Part shown: piece by piece, positions 12,156-24,872 of the stretch
How the letters are laid out: the number at the start of each line of letters is the position of its first letter
Numbering within the stretch: the stretch's first letter is position 1
NCBI RefSeq assembly: GCF_018350175.1
Contig: NC_058368.1
Location: 221,156,001 to 221,220,000, forward strand
DNA: 64,000 nt
Reading direction: 5' to 3'
From: Felis catus
Lineage: Eukaryota
Made by a program: the position numbers and the translations under genes
Notes under the pieces: model-generated
Told to the model about the DNA's origin: nothing
Seen by the model: the letters and a program-made list of their open reading frames with translations, nothing else
Database searches by the model: none

Positions 12156-12631
12156 GGGGCACGTGGGTGGCTCAGTCGGTTGAGCATCTGACTCTTGAGC
12201 TCGGCTCAGGTCATGATCTTACAGTTTATGGGTTCGAGCCCCACACTGGGCTCTGCACTGACAGTGTGGAGCCTGCTTGGGATTCTCTTTCTCCCTCTCT
12301 CCGTGCACCTCCCCCACTCTGTCTCTCTTTCTCTCTCTCTCTAAAGAAAAAAATAATTAGAAAAACATCAAAAAATTCTTTTTTTTAAATTTTTTAACAT
12401 TTACTTATTTTTGAGACAGAGAGAGACAGAGCATGAACGGGGGAGGGTCAGAGAGAGGGAGACACAGAATCGGAAGCAGGCTCCAGGCTCTGAGCTGTCA
12501 GCACAGAGCCCGACGCGGGGCTCAAACTCACGGACCGCGAGATCATGACCTGAGCCGAAGTCGGACGCTTAACCGAGTGAGCCACCCAGGCGCCCCAAAC
12601 ATCAAAAAATTCTTAAGAAGAAGAAAGAACA
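12156..12631 (+). mobile_element. CanSINE whose A-tail is interrupted by a second, antisense SINE
   Basis: SINEC body 12156-~12345; TSD core AGTCAGAAATG at 12145-12155 and 12632-12642. Confidence 0.9.
12381..12596 (-). mobile_element. Young felid CanSINE nested antisense in the previous SINE's tail
   Basis: CpG-rich reverse SINEC; 18-bp TSD AAACATCAAAAAATTCTT at 12363-12380 and 12597-12614. Confidence 0.96.
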
Positions 12632-12647
12632 AGTCAGAAATGCTCTC

Positions 12648-13036
12648 TACCATATGCTAAATTGTTTCCGTCTCCAAATTCATATACTGAAGTCCTAACT
12701 CCCATTATCTTCAAGTGTGACTGAGGATAATGTCCTTAAAGATGCAATTAAATTGATGCGGTCATTAGATAGGGCTGTAATCCAATAGACTTGTGCCCTT
12801 AAAGAAGAACTTTGGGCACAGACAGGAACAGAGATGATGTGAAGGTACAGGGACAAAACAGCCATATATAAGCCAAGGGGAGAGGCCTGGATCAGATCCT
12901 TCTCTCATGCCCTTAGAAGGAGAAAACCTTGCTGGCAGCTTGATCTGAGACTTAAGTCTCCAGAAAGGTGAGACAATGAATTTCTGTTGATAAAGCCACC
13001 CAGTCTGTGATACTTTGTTATGGCAGCCCTGTAAAT
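12648..13036 (+). mobile_element. MaLR solo LTR (MLT1B-like)
   Basis: ccaaattcatatactgaagtcctaactccc...taatccaata...aagccaagggg agaggcctgg...tttctgttgataaagccacccagtctgtgatactttgttatggcagccct, typical of MLT1. Confidence 0.85.
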
Positions 13037-14357
13037 TTTTCTAAGTCATGACAAGGGAACCTATTTAAATGGAATCCAGGTAGTTTCATATGCAAGAGGA
13101 GGAAGGCAGGAGTGACTAGAGTTGAGCTTTCACATACCCTGTCCACAAGGTCAATCCATGACAAGTTTACTGCTTTTATACAAAGCCTGTAAGGTTGTAT
13201 AATCAGAGGTACTAATGTTATGTCCTTCTTCTGTTTTAACCATAAAAAAAAAATCTCTTGTAGATGAGACAATGTTAGTAGCAGTTAGTAGTCAGGTGAG
13301 GTTTATTTGAAATGTTTGTATTTAGTAGAAGAAGGCTGGTAAACTGTGCTCATCCCTATATGTTTTAACAGTTGCTGATTAAGGACATTCCAAAGATCAG
13401 AAATCTGCAGAGGACCCTATCTTTCTCCTTTTCCTCTATGGATTTTCTGTCTCTGTGGAATCTCCTCTTATGAATTGTAGATATTTATTAGCACTTCTTA
13501 TTTTTTGATTTTCCTTTCCTCTGACCTATATCCTAGTATGAGATGTCTGGTTATGTAGGAATTTCTTGGTTTGATTAAAGTATTGCTATTCAGGGCAGTA
13601 AGGAGAAAGCAGTACTCTATGGGATGTAGACAAAATAGATTGCTTTGAATGTAGGGCAGTGCAATTGGGATTATCAGGGAAGGAGTGTAAAGCAATGATA
13701 TGAGAGAATAAATACTAACTTTATATAATATTCATCTTCCCTTCATTGAAGCCAAGTTTGACTTGAAATTAGCAATGTACATTTTTCTTGTGAGCAATCA
13801 GCATAGCATCAAAGCCCTGTCTATTCTCTATGGTTGAAAATAATTTTCCAAATAACTGAAAAAAATAAAACGATTTATTTGCCATTATTGTTCCAGCCAT
13901 TAAGATTATAGCAATTATATTCAGTGATAATACAATTTAAAGTCATAATTTTTTGTATCTCAACAGGCAGACTCAAAGAGCATAAAAGAACAATAGGAAA
14001 GTAGGATTTGACATACATTTAAGTAAAAGTGCTTCACTGCATATAAGGCATCATAAAGTAGTCTAAAAAAGTTAAGACTTTTTAAAGTTACCTTTACAAC
14101 TGTAAAATCACAGCTTATGCATCTAATGTTTTAAATAAAATTATGTTCAATTAAAGTTTAAAATCCATAGCTTTAATATCTAAATTATAACTAAAATAGT
14201 TATAATGGCCATAGCTTTCGTGGCCATAGCTTTAATATCTAAATTATAACTAAAATTATGTCAGTTGTAGAAAGTTCATTTTAATTTCCCCATCATTATA
14301 TGACAAAAAGTTGTTATCAAATGGCCTTTATTTTAAAGATTTTATAGACAAGACTGC

Positions 14358-14879
14358 TGTTTTAATGGTACCTGGGATCTATTATAATCAGGTATGATAA
14401 GACATGCTGAAATGAATGAAAATGACAGTCATAAATGAAAGCATTTTTACTCACAGTTCCTGGAAACAGGAGGCAGGGCCCATCATGCAGGGCCACATGG
14501 GAAAGTACCAGGGCTGGTCAGGAGGTAAAGGGAACAGGGAGAGATGTGGAGAAAGAGGACACACAGAAGCTTTTATAGTTTCCACAAGAAGGAATGGGGC
14601 AGGCAGGGTAAGCGGGTTTAGGACTGGCCAGTTTGAATAATTTCAGTGGACTTTCAGTGAACTTTGAGATTAGTTCCTGGCCTTCGGTGTCTAATGGCCT
14701 AGAATGTGGAGCCCAATAAAGCAGGTGGTCATGGGTGGGTTTTGGTTGGCTTGCATATGACAGGTACACTCTCTATGAGTTGGTTGCTATTTTTAGAAAT
14801 GAGCTGTGACGGGCAGTCCTTCCTGGGTCAGCAAGGTCTCCTGAACAGAATAGAGAAAATAAAAAGCATAGTTCATACA
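14358..14879 (-). mobile_element. ERVL solo LTR (MER74-like) with intact termini and TSD
   Basis: TG...CA ends; perfect 5-bp TSD ACTGC at 14353-14357 and 14880-14884; minus strand TGTATGAACTATGCTTTTTATTTTCTCTATTCT...CCTTGCTGACCCAGGAAGGACTGCCC resembles the MER74 start. Confidence 0.85.
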
Positions 14880-16242
14880 ACTGCCTTCATTCGATTTCCT
14901 TTAAAAAAATTGTGATTTTTAAATTTGTATTTTTTACATACTCACTATGTTGAAAAAGTAAAAACTGAAATAATGGTAAGGTACATTGGCACCAATGGAC
15001 TGAATTCATATTTTGTGATATATGAGACATAAAAGACCTTCCATTTATGATTTAAATGATTAAGTCACTTTTGCTGAATAATTTAAAACAATGAAGGAAA
15101 AGCAGACAAAGAACATTGTCAGATTTTGTTTGAAGACTTACTCAGCTGTCAGTTTCAGTAGTTTTCTGTATCAGGTTTGTCAAATCACGTTAAATGTGAA
15201 CACTACATTGATACGTTTCTTTGTTACAAAGTACTTTCCTCTGAGTTCCATCATTCCCAATTCTAGAATATGTTACACGATTTCTACTTTTGCCACTAAT
15301 TCTTTACTGTGCTGGATGTTGTATCGGAATTAGTTATTGAAATTAATTGACACTTATGTTATCAGATATGTCTTTTGTATGAAATAAATGTGATAGATTT
15401 ATGTAACCAGTCAAATACATAATTTTCTTAAAAATGAAGCTTTAGGATTTCATGCCAGCTTTAAATGCTGTTCTCACACACTGTCATAGATGCTCACATA
15501 TTGTCTTATGTTGGTGTCAGATATTTGCTTATGTGTATAGACAACAACATGTGCATATTTTTAGTTTTGCTAGCCTGAGAGAAACAGTTTTTACCTTCTT
15601 GAGTGTTGTACCTGATTTTTTAGCCATTATCAAAGAAGAATAGACATTTCTTTATACACTTCTCTCATCTCTTAACTATGTCACTGACACTTCTGTAACT
15701 CTTAGACTCAGTGTTTGGCTCAGCTTTATTTTTTTTTTTCTTTTGATGGTTTATTTAATATATTCCCTTGTACTTTTTGTTTTGTGTGTCCTCAACATTT
15801 ATTTTCTTTCATCTGGAAGCAGAATTACAGGGATTTTTTTTTTGTCCAGCTAAGGCTACCTCTGTTTTTTCTCCTATCATTTGTTGCCTGTTTATGTGAC
15901 TTACATTTTGCTCCTGTATTTCACCTTATTGCCCATCTTATACTCTGTTTTAACAGTCAGTATTATTTCTTGTTTGGTTGCTTGAACAAAAATCTGTGCA
16001 TTTTTCTTAGCATACATTTCCTCTTAAATAGTCTCATTCACGATTTGTCTCAGGCATGGTGCTATCTGATACTGAAGTAAGTCCGAAAATCCTGACAAAT
16101 ACTTGACATCTCCAAATGTCAAGGGCTGGGTGTAGGAATTGGAAATACTAGCCACCTCACTGTATAAATCATAATTACAATAATGGCACAATTCCCCATA
16201 GGATATCTGGTGTTAAGCAAGGCTTTTTGAATCTGCATCAGA

Positions 16243-16735
16243 AGGGTAGAGACTTTCAGCTATAAGATGAAAAAAATCTGAGGATCTAAGTAAAACATGG
16301 GGACTAGAGTTAATAAAACTGCATTGTATAATTTAAATTTGCTAAGAAAGGGGAGGCTGGGTGGCTCAGTCAGTAAGCATCTAATTTCATATCAGGTCAT
16401 GATCTCAAGGCTCATGAGATCAAGCCCTGTGTCGGGCTCTGTGCTGACAGCTCAGAGCCTGGAGCCTCCCTCTCTCTCTGCCCCTCCCTGGCTCATGTTC
16501 TCTTTCTCCCTCTCTCTTCCAAAAATTAAAAAACACAAAAAAATTAAATTTGCTAAGAAAGAAGAACTTCAATATTGTCATCCACCCCCCTCAAAAAAAA
16601 AGGTATATGTGAGGTGATGGATATTTTAACTAACTAGATAGGATCCTTTCACAATGTATAACTATATCAAATCACTACAATGTACATGTTAAATATCTTA
16701 CAATTTTGTATGTCAAAAATACCACAGTAAAGCTG
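16243..16735 (+). mobile_element. LINE-1 3' UTR fragment (L1MA-like), interrupted by a SINE
   Basis: ctttcagctataagatgaa...tctgaggatcta...aaatttgctaaga...tatgtgaggtgatggat...ttcacaatgtata...aaagctg, L1MA 3' end motifs. Confidence 0.8.
16350..16543 (+). mobile_element. CanSINE inside L1 fragment
   Basis: SINEC body; TSD TTAAATTTGCTAAGAAA at 16333-16349 and 16544-16560. Confidence 0.92.
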
Positions 16736-16744
16736 TTTTCTTTT

Positions 16745-16952
16745 AATATATATATATATATATATATTTATTTATGTTAGAGAGACAGAGCATGAGTGGG
16801 GGAGGGGCAGAGAAAGAGGGAGTCAGAATTCGAAGCAGGCTCCAGGCTCTGAGCTGTCAGCACAGAGCCTGATGGAGGGCTCAAACTCACAAAGGGAGAC
16901 ATGACCTGAGCCAAAGTCAGAAGCTTAACCAACTGAGCCACCCAGGTGCCCC
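16745..16952 (-). mobile_element. CanSINE with (TA)n in tail
   Basis: Reverse SINEC body ending gagccacccaggtgcccc. Confidence 0.92.
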
Positions 16953-17099
16953 AAGCTAAGTTTTTTTAAAGTCCTTTTAGGAATGACAGGAAAGTTATTG
17001 GTCAAAGTTGTTAGTTTTCACTTCTCATGCTTTTGCCTCATCAGTGGTTCTAATCTTATTTCTACCGGTTGTATCGATTTAGATTATGACAAGATACGA

Positions 17100-17187
17100 T
17101 TTTGGTTTTTTTTTGTTTGTTTGTTTTTGGGTTTTTTTTTTGTTTGTTTTTTTTGTTTTGTTTTTTTTGTTTTGTTTTTTGTTTTGG
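17100..17187. repeat. T/G low-complexity tract, (GTTT)n-like
   Basis: About 88 bp of T runs punctuated by G. Confidence 0.85.
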
Positions 17188-17694
17188 TCTAAACTCTAAA
17201 TCTAGAAATAAATAAAGTGATAATATTGTTTGATGGGTATTTTTATGTGAGGGCCACAGTGTCCTGAAGGAACTAGTATGGAGAGGAGACAATTTTGGGG
17301 ATTATAACTAAAATTATGTTTCAGAGGAGAAGGAAGAGTTGACATGAAACAGTAAGAAGGAGGAAGTCAAGGAAAGAAGCAGAAAGGCGGGTCTGGTCAG
17401 GGTCACCAGTAGAAGAGGTCTGATGAAGTCTGGTGAGGGAAGTCTGAGGGCAGACATGCACAGCAGCCCTGTGAAGCTAGCAGTGGAGGGTATTCTGCCT
17501 CCTGCATTGGGACAGCTGGCCTGCAGGTAACTGGGTAAAAGTTTCCCAGCTCAGTGGAGACCTCCCAGTATTGGACAAGACTTGCTTGAATCTCATGGTC
17601 ACTCTAGGGTTGTATATACTTGTCGCCCTGCTATCCTTTTAGCAAAGCACTTCTTAACAAAAATATTACAAATGTATAAGTAAATAAAAAACCA

Positions 17695-17901
17695 GAGGAC
17701 TCCTGGGTGACTCAGTGGTTTAGGTGTCCGACTTCAGCTCCAGTAACGATCTTGGGGTTCTTGAGTTCCAGCGCCTGTCGGGCTCCATGTTGATGGTGTG
17801 GAGCCTGCTTGGGATTCTCTCTCTTCTCTCTCTGCCCTTCCCCAGCTTGTGCACTCTCTTTCTCTCTCTCAAAGTAAATAAATAAACTTAAAAAAAAAAA
17901 A
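17695..17901 (+). mobile_element. CanSINE
   Basis: SINEC head (cctgggtgactcagtgg), ggagcctgcttgggattctct, CT tract and A tail. Confidence 0.9.
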
Positions 17902-18236
17902 ACCCAGAAAGGTGGATATTAACTCCATTATTTTGCTATGATTTATCTCTTGTAACAAAAGTGTTTTCCTCCATTTCCAGGGAAACTATAAAATGATTTC
18001 TTACATGCCGTAAATGTTTCCTGAGTCCACGTGAATATATAAGTTGAGCTAAAATCTTCCTTAGGGCTATATTTTAAAATTAGGGCTAAGGATACCAGGA
18101 AAGAAAATGGAAGATAAAACTACAAAAATAGTAGTCTGGATTTAATTCAATCAATATAATTTGTTGAGAAAATCTGAGTGTTGTAATTCTATGATGTAAT
18201 TAAAAAAAAAGCATAAGAATAGAGGAAGGAAACAAC

Positions 18237-18259
18237 ATTTTTTTAAAGTTTATTTACTT

Positions 18260-18311
<52 letters not shown>

Positions 18312-18496
18312 AGCAGGGGAGGGGCAGAGAGACAGGGAGAGGGAGAGAGAATCCCAAGCAGGCTCTGCACTGTCAGCATGGAGCCCGAGGCAGGGCTGAA
18401 ACTTATGAACTGCGAGATCATGACCTGGAGCTGAAATCAAGAGTTGGGAGCTTAACCAACTAAGCTTAACCTGAGCACCTCAACCAGGTGCGCCCC
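18237..18496 (-). mobile_element. CanSINE with long (GA)n and a small duplication in the head
   Basis: Reverse SINEC; gcttaacc duplicated near 18450-18471. Confidence 0.9.
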
Positions 18497-19555
18497 ACAA
18501 GATCCTTTTTAAAAGGGCTTACGTAACATATAAAAATATTCCTTAAATAATATTCTACAAATAATTGTGTAAAAATAAATACGTGATAAATTGTTGTGCA
18601 ACTAAGTGATATTCATGTTGAGTAACTTTACTGATGTATCAACTAAGAGAAGTACGTTGATAGTTCTTTCTTTACACAAAAGTCAACTTGCACTATATAT
18701 TTCTCAAATAGGTACACTTCTGTTTCCCCTGATTTTCTTCAGATATTTTAAACTATGTATCCAAAGGCTCTTGACGATTATAGTACTATATTATTGTGTA
18801 AATAAAAAAATGGAAGAAGTATACAACATGAATTTGAATAAACATATTTGTGAAATAGAAACAATTGGTATAATTTGTACCATTGTTTGTGAAGTTCACA
18901 TCTATCTGTAGTAGTCTGGATGACAGTATGTTTCCATTTTCTCATCCTCTGTGCTTATTTTTTGTGCTTTGGTTGCCCTGGCATTCTTTTGAGGATTAAG
19001 TTTATGTGTGTATGCTATTTGAAAACAAGTTTACCTTTACTCTCTGAAAGCCTCTACAGATTTGAAGAACTAATGTACGTGTTAGTGTTGTCTAGTCCAA
19101 GTTCACGGTGATCACTTACTCTTCCAGTTTCAGTGTGTATTGTCTGCATTATTCATTAGACAATTCTCACTATGCTTTCAAATCCTTTACATGTGTTCAA
19201 ACAGAATGACCATGATATAGTAAAAGCAGTAGTGTTGGCAGAGAGATTTTAGATTTAAATCCAACCAGATTTGGGTCTACTCTATTAATACCCCGTTTAC
19301 TAACCCACCAAGTTATCTTTCAAATAAATCTCATGTGGTAAATCTGCTTTTAAGACCTACCTATGGGATCTCTTCCTTTTAAGAAGTCAAATGTTGATAC
19401 GGTGTCAGGAATTAAATGTGATTTTAGTATAAATATATTTTACAATATGCAATTTTATCTTGAAAATTATCCATACATTTTTTAGATAAAAAAATTGCTT
19501 ACAAAAAGAAGATAATAGCTATCACTCAGAACCCAGCATCCAAAGATAACATTCT

Positions 19556-19773
19556 GGGGCAACCAGGTGGCTCAGTCGGTTGAACATCTGACTTTGACTC
19601 GGCTATGATCTTGCAGTTAATGAGTTTGAGCCCTACATCGGGCTCCTGCTGTCAGCCTGTCAGCACAGAGCCCTCTTGGGATCCTCTGGCCCTCTCTCTC
19701 TCTGCCCCTCCCCCACTGCACTCTCTCCCTGCCCCCCCCCAAAAAAAACTAAAATAAAATAAATAAAAAAATA
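19556..19773 (+). mobile_element. CanSINE
   Basis: SINEC body; degenerate TSD AAAGATAACATTC / AAAGACCACATTC. Confidence 0.9.
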
Positions 19774-19939
19774 AAGACCACATTCAATATTTTGATCTAT
19801 AATTTTATTTTCCATGTGTTTCTCCTAAATTTTAAGCTTAACAATGTTACACTCCATCCTTTAAATAAATTACGACTCATATACATAATTGCTTACTATT
19901 GAACAAAATTTGTTTCTGCATTTGGAGTTACCAGACTTA

Positions 19940-20330
19940 TCGGTTTGCTGACGTCTTCTGCTGTCACCCACCTACTCTTACTTTCTACACCCACGTTTTG
20001 CCCAGTCTTTGCCCAGGCCAAGTTCAGTTCTGTGTTAAGGGCTCCTTATTACTGTATCCTCTGCAGGTAGCTTTTTCATCAGATATTCAGCAAGCTTGTT
20101 CCTGTACTGTATCTAGATTTCTGATCAGACGTCTCATTATTATAGAGGTCTCTCATCACCATGCAGTTTTAGAGGAATAACTATCTATTCCCTTCCATTA
20201 CTTTGCTCATTTGCTTTGTCTAATCTTTATGAGAGCAGAAACCATGTCCATTGTTGTATTCCCCTTACCTAAAAGAGCTCCTAGCACAGAGTGATTGTTC
20301 AATAAATAAGTGTTGAAGAATAAATGAATA
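19940..20330 (+). mobile_element. L2 3' fragment
   Basis: atgagagcagaaaccatgtc...cctagcacagagtgattgttcaataaataagtgttgaagaataaatgaat, L2 tail. Confidence 0.7.
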
Positions 20331-21319
20331 TGTTTGTATGTATATATTTTTTCCTTATTTGTATAAGCTTTTGCTTCTTTTAACTAGGTTACAAGAAACT
20401 TGAGGGTACCAATGTCTTACATTCTTTATTCATCTCCTCCCATACTTGTAAGAGTGGCTTGATAAGGCAGAAATTTTCACATGACATAGTTTCAATCAGT
20501 AGGTAATATTTTTAAACTTTTCCTTGCAAAATCTAGATTTCCTTTTATAACTACAATGATTAATTAAAAAAAAACTTTATACCTTGAACAAAGAATGAGA
20601 AAGAGGAATAAGAGATCTGTGTCTTCCTATGTACCTTCTGAAAGTCACTAAATAATTTTTTTTAAGGAAAGTTGACTGAAGTACCAGCTAAGCAAATGAA
20701 GCATTAAATTGCCAGAGGGTGTCCATCACTGAAAGAACACTCTGGCCATATGGATGAATTGTCTGCACTAGTTTGGACACTTTATGATGGAGATATATCA
20801 ATTCATCATCCTCCAAGGTGAATGGCATTTGTTGGGAAAATCTCCGACACAATCATATTTATCGCCTTGGTAGAAATTTGATGATGGGATGTAAGTTTAA
20901 CATATGACAGGGAGTAAAAGAAAGAATATTAAGAGGAATGTATTTTAATAGCTTATCAAGCTATAATTTGTTCCTTTTCAAGGAACAAATTATATAATTC
21001 TCTTAGGTTGACAAAATTGAGCCTTAATAATATGCTAAAAATTTGCCTAAACTTTCATTTAAAAAATATGGAATGAGGAAAATTGCTGTTTGTTATAAGG
21101 AATGAACTCAGTTACATAAGGAATTCATTTGAAATAATTGGCTTGATTTTAAGAATGTCTTCTGGTTTTGGCTAGATTTGTTCTACATAAAGGCATGTAG
21201 AGAGGCATACTGCTTTTCACATTAAATTGGAGATTTTTTTGAAAATAAATTTAGACTAGATGGATCTAGGAGAACAAATGATCAGCTAACATGTCAGGAA
21301 TTCTGTGAAGAACTTTATA

Positions 21320-21372
21320 GACTATATATATACGTGTGTATATATATATATATATATACACACACATATATA

Positions 21373-21455
<83 letters not shown>

Positions 21456-21470
21456 AGAGAGAGAGAGAGA
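21320..21470. repeat. Compound microsatellite (TA)n/(CA)n/(TG)n/(TA)n/(GA)n
   Basis: Read directly from the sequence. Confidence 0.95.
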
Positions 21471-21764
21471 CCTGTGGAGTGTGAATCAGGGATCCTGATT
21501 CTTTTAGGATTTGGTTTTCTCATCTGGAATATGAAAGCCTAGCAAATAATTTGTAAATTTAGTATTCTATCATTTTATCTTTGTAGATTCTTTTCTCAAA
21601 TAGTCACTGTCCCAATAGACATCAAGGTTTTATAGGTAATCATTGCTTATGAAACTTGCATAGGCTTCATTGATTTTCACTTATTTTATTATTTCAATTA
21701 TGGCAATTAGTGAATTTAAATAGGATGAAAGCAATGACCAAATATGAGCGTAAGACATACCAGA

Positions 21765-21885
21765 TATACATATATATATATTTTTATATATAATATATAT
21801 AAAATATATTATATTTTATATAATATAAAAATATTATAATTTTTATAATAATATAAAAAATATTATTTTTATAATAATTAATAAT
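21765..21885. repeat. AT-only low-complexity tract
   Basis: Nearly pure A/T with (TA)n and internal inverted symmetry. Confidence 0.85.
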
Positions 21886-22431
21886 GAACAAAGATGAAAC
21901 AACATACTCCATGCTGATTAAAAATAAATCTGAAGGAAATATGCTATAAATTAACTTTCATGTGAAAAAGATCTGTGTGTTCTCTTTTTGTTTACTTTAG
22001 TGACATTGCACTCAACTTTGCAAATACTATTAATCTATTTTGCAGTTAGAAGAAATAAAAAGAACCATGGATATTTGCCATTACTCTTCGAACTCATCTC
22101 TCTGCCTACCTAGTCTGGCAAATGGCCATTCATAATGGAAAATTGTAGAGCGAATATAGTGATCAGAGGCACCTTCAGAAACTATTATTTCAGGAAATCC
22201 TTGTGTGATTTTGTGAGGTTTGGGCACAACTTATAAAATTGAATCTGGAAGTATAATTACTGGAAGTATAAATTATATTGGAAGTATAATTTAAATGTAC
22301 TTGTAGATATACTTAGTGAGTTTAAAGGTAGTTAGTGAAGGTGTCTAGTGCAAAAGAACCAGCTTTTTTTTCAAAAGAAAATCTGTTATAACAAAAACAG
22401 CAAGGCCATTTGGAGTATACATTTTTGCTTA

Positions 22432-22635
22432 ATGTTTATTTATTTATTTGTTCGAGACAGAGACAGAGTGCAAGTAGGGGAGTGGCAGAGAGAGAAGGAG
22501 ACACAGAATCCAAAGTAGGCTCCAGGCTCTGAACTGTCAGCACAGAGCCCGACATGGGGTTGGAACCTGTAAACCATGAGATCATGACCTGTGCTAAAGT
22601 TGGATGCTTAACTGACTGAGCCACTCAGGCACCCC
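22432..22635 (-). mobile_element. CanSINE
   Basis: Reverse SINEC; TSD TACATTTTTGCTTA at 22418-22431 and 22636-22649. Confidence 0.95.
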
Positions 22636-24634
22636 TACATTTTTGCTTAGATCTAATTTGTATACATGATCTGCTAGTGTGAACAACAACAACAACAACA
22701 TATATATATATAGTTGGTGAAAAATTTGGTCTGGATTTAAAGTCCTGACATTTAAAAAAATTGCCTAAATTTATGAAATATAGTTATCTTAGTTTTAAAA
22801 GGAAGGCTAGGATTTTATTTTGTAGTATTTGAAAATAAAGTCATAGAGGACTTGGAAATTTTTCTGAGGATATTCAAGGAAAGTCGTGGGAGATTGAATT
22901 TAATGTGTTTGTCTTTGGTCTTGTTTTGTGTAATGAACACATTCTGTTCTCCTTCAAGTACATGGATGCCAGTAAATTCATACCATAAACCAAAGAATTA
23001 AAAAAAAGTTAAAATTAAAAAAAACATTTAAAAATTAAAAAAATAAAGTTAAATGGGCACTCTCTTCTAAATATCAATCTTTGACATATTTTAATGAACT
23101 ATTATAATTTTTATTGAAATGTGACTTTCAGTTACTTATACAGGGCTTATGTCAAAACTCATTTTTCAACAGATAGATATGTACTCACATGCCGTTTTAG
23201 ATGTTTGCAGTTAGCCCACTCCCTTTTTAGTTGAAACCAGGAAGTCTCTATTCAGGGTATCTATTCAAGTCAACAAATTGGTAGACTCTCTCTCACCCTG
23301 CACATTTCATTCTAAACTCTTGTCCTCTCTTCAGAGAGGCCATCTGTGCCATAGCTTCACTGTGGATGTTCTTTTTTTGTACGTTGGGTTCCCATCACTA
23401 GTGAATTTGAATGCTATATTATCTGTGTCTTCTTTTCTGTCGGGTCTCCCTTTCCCACTCAACTATTAACTTGATTAGGTCAGAAACCATATGCTTATTG
23501 TTCACTATTTTATATGAAGTAATTAGCATAGTCCTGGGCCCTTAGTAACACGTTAGTAAACGCGGTTTTGTGTTTATTTGTTTGTTCTGAATTAAAACAT
23601 GTGAACAAACATTTGCTATAATCGATCAGCGACTATTCCAGCAATTGAAAATATAAAGACTAAAGGAACCACATTTCTTGTTATTGTATAATTGGGAAAG
23701 AAAATGTATAAATAAGGAAACAGAGACAAAGAAAGGGTGTTAAATAAAGCTGTTTTTCTTCTAAAACTTGGTGGAGGTAGCAGATCGATCATTAAAATAA
23801 TAGAGCCAAAATAAATCTTAAGACAGGTCGTGACCAGTATGTTTTAAACTAATTGTCTTATCTTCAGATGTTGTATCTGAAACAAGGAAATGTTCACTGT
23901 AAACACTTTCTTCGAGAATACCAGGGTGCCATGCATCTGCAGGCTCTGGTTTTGAAATATGAACCTATTGTGTACGATTGTTTTGCCTTTTCATGTATAC
24001 AGTTAATGGCCTCTAAATCACTCAATGAATCATAACAACCTAAAACATAAACTTGCAAGAACACTTTGAAATATTAACATAGTTAATTGGATTTATAGTA
24101 TCATTTTCAATGATCAAGAGGGAACAAAACGGCTTTTCCTCCATTTTCATTCTTCAGTTACACTAGAAAAGACCTTTCAAAATTATCTAAATGACAATAT
24201 CTATTAGCATTTTTAGGAAAAGGAAAAGAAAAATGAGACCCAGATAAGAATTTATGATATATAGGATTAATTATATTAGTAAATGGATGTGCTGTGAGAT
24301 TTTAAATCCATAATTAACAACAAACGGGGCTTTCTTTTCCCCATCAATTCATTCCTTCTCGTAACTAGACTTTTCAGGCAGACCAAGTCTTTTAGGCTTG
24401 GAGAATAGAAGTCAGTGCCCCATCATAAGACATTTGTTTTTTGATATTATTTATTTAAGTACTCTGACAGAGGTGGCTAAACTTGCACATCTCTACTTGA
24501 CATGCCCTTCTCTTTCAGATATTATTAATATATTTAGCTGCTAGTGATTGTTTACTAGATTGGTTTAGACTGTTTGCTCAACAAAATTGAATGAAAATTA
24601 TTTCTCAACTTGAATATTTAAAGTACAAATATCA

Positions 24635-24872
24635 GGGGTGCCTGGGAGGTTCAGTCAGTGAAGCACTGGGCTCTTGATTTCAGCTCACATCACATTCTCA
24701 TGGTTTGTGGGATCGAGCCCTGCATCGGGCTCTGCCCTGACAGCGTGGAGACTGCTTGGGATTCTCTTTCCCTCTCTCTGTGGCCCCTCCCCACAGCGCA
24801 CACATGTGTGCTGTCTCTCTCTCTCTCTCTCACACACACAAAACAAATAAAAAATAAACTTAAGAAAAAAAA
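24635..24872 (+). mobile_element. CanSINE
   Basis: SINEC body; degenerate TSD AAAGTACAAATATCA / AAAGTACAGACACCA. Confidence 0.9.

Noticed and set aside
22246..22292. Three spaced copies of TGGAAGTATAA, superficially array-like
   Set aside because: Short slippage repeat with tiny spacers in mammalian DNA; not CRISPR.
23853..24035. 60-aa ORF with an acceptor-like site (TCTTCAG|ATG) near its start
   Set aside because: No recognisable protein and no supporting upstream exon; the length is expected by chance.
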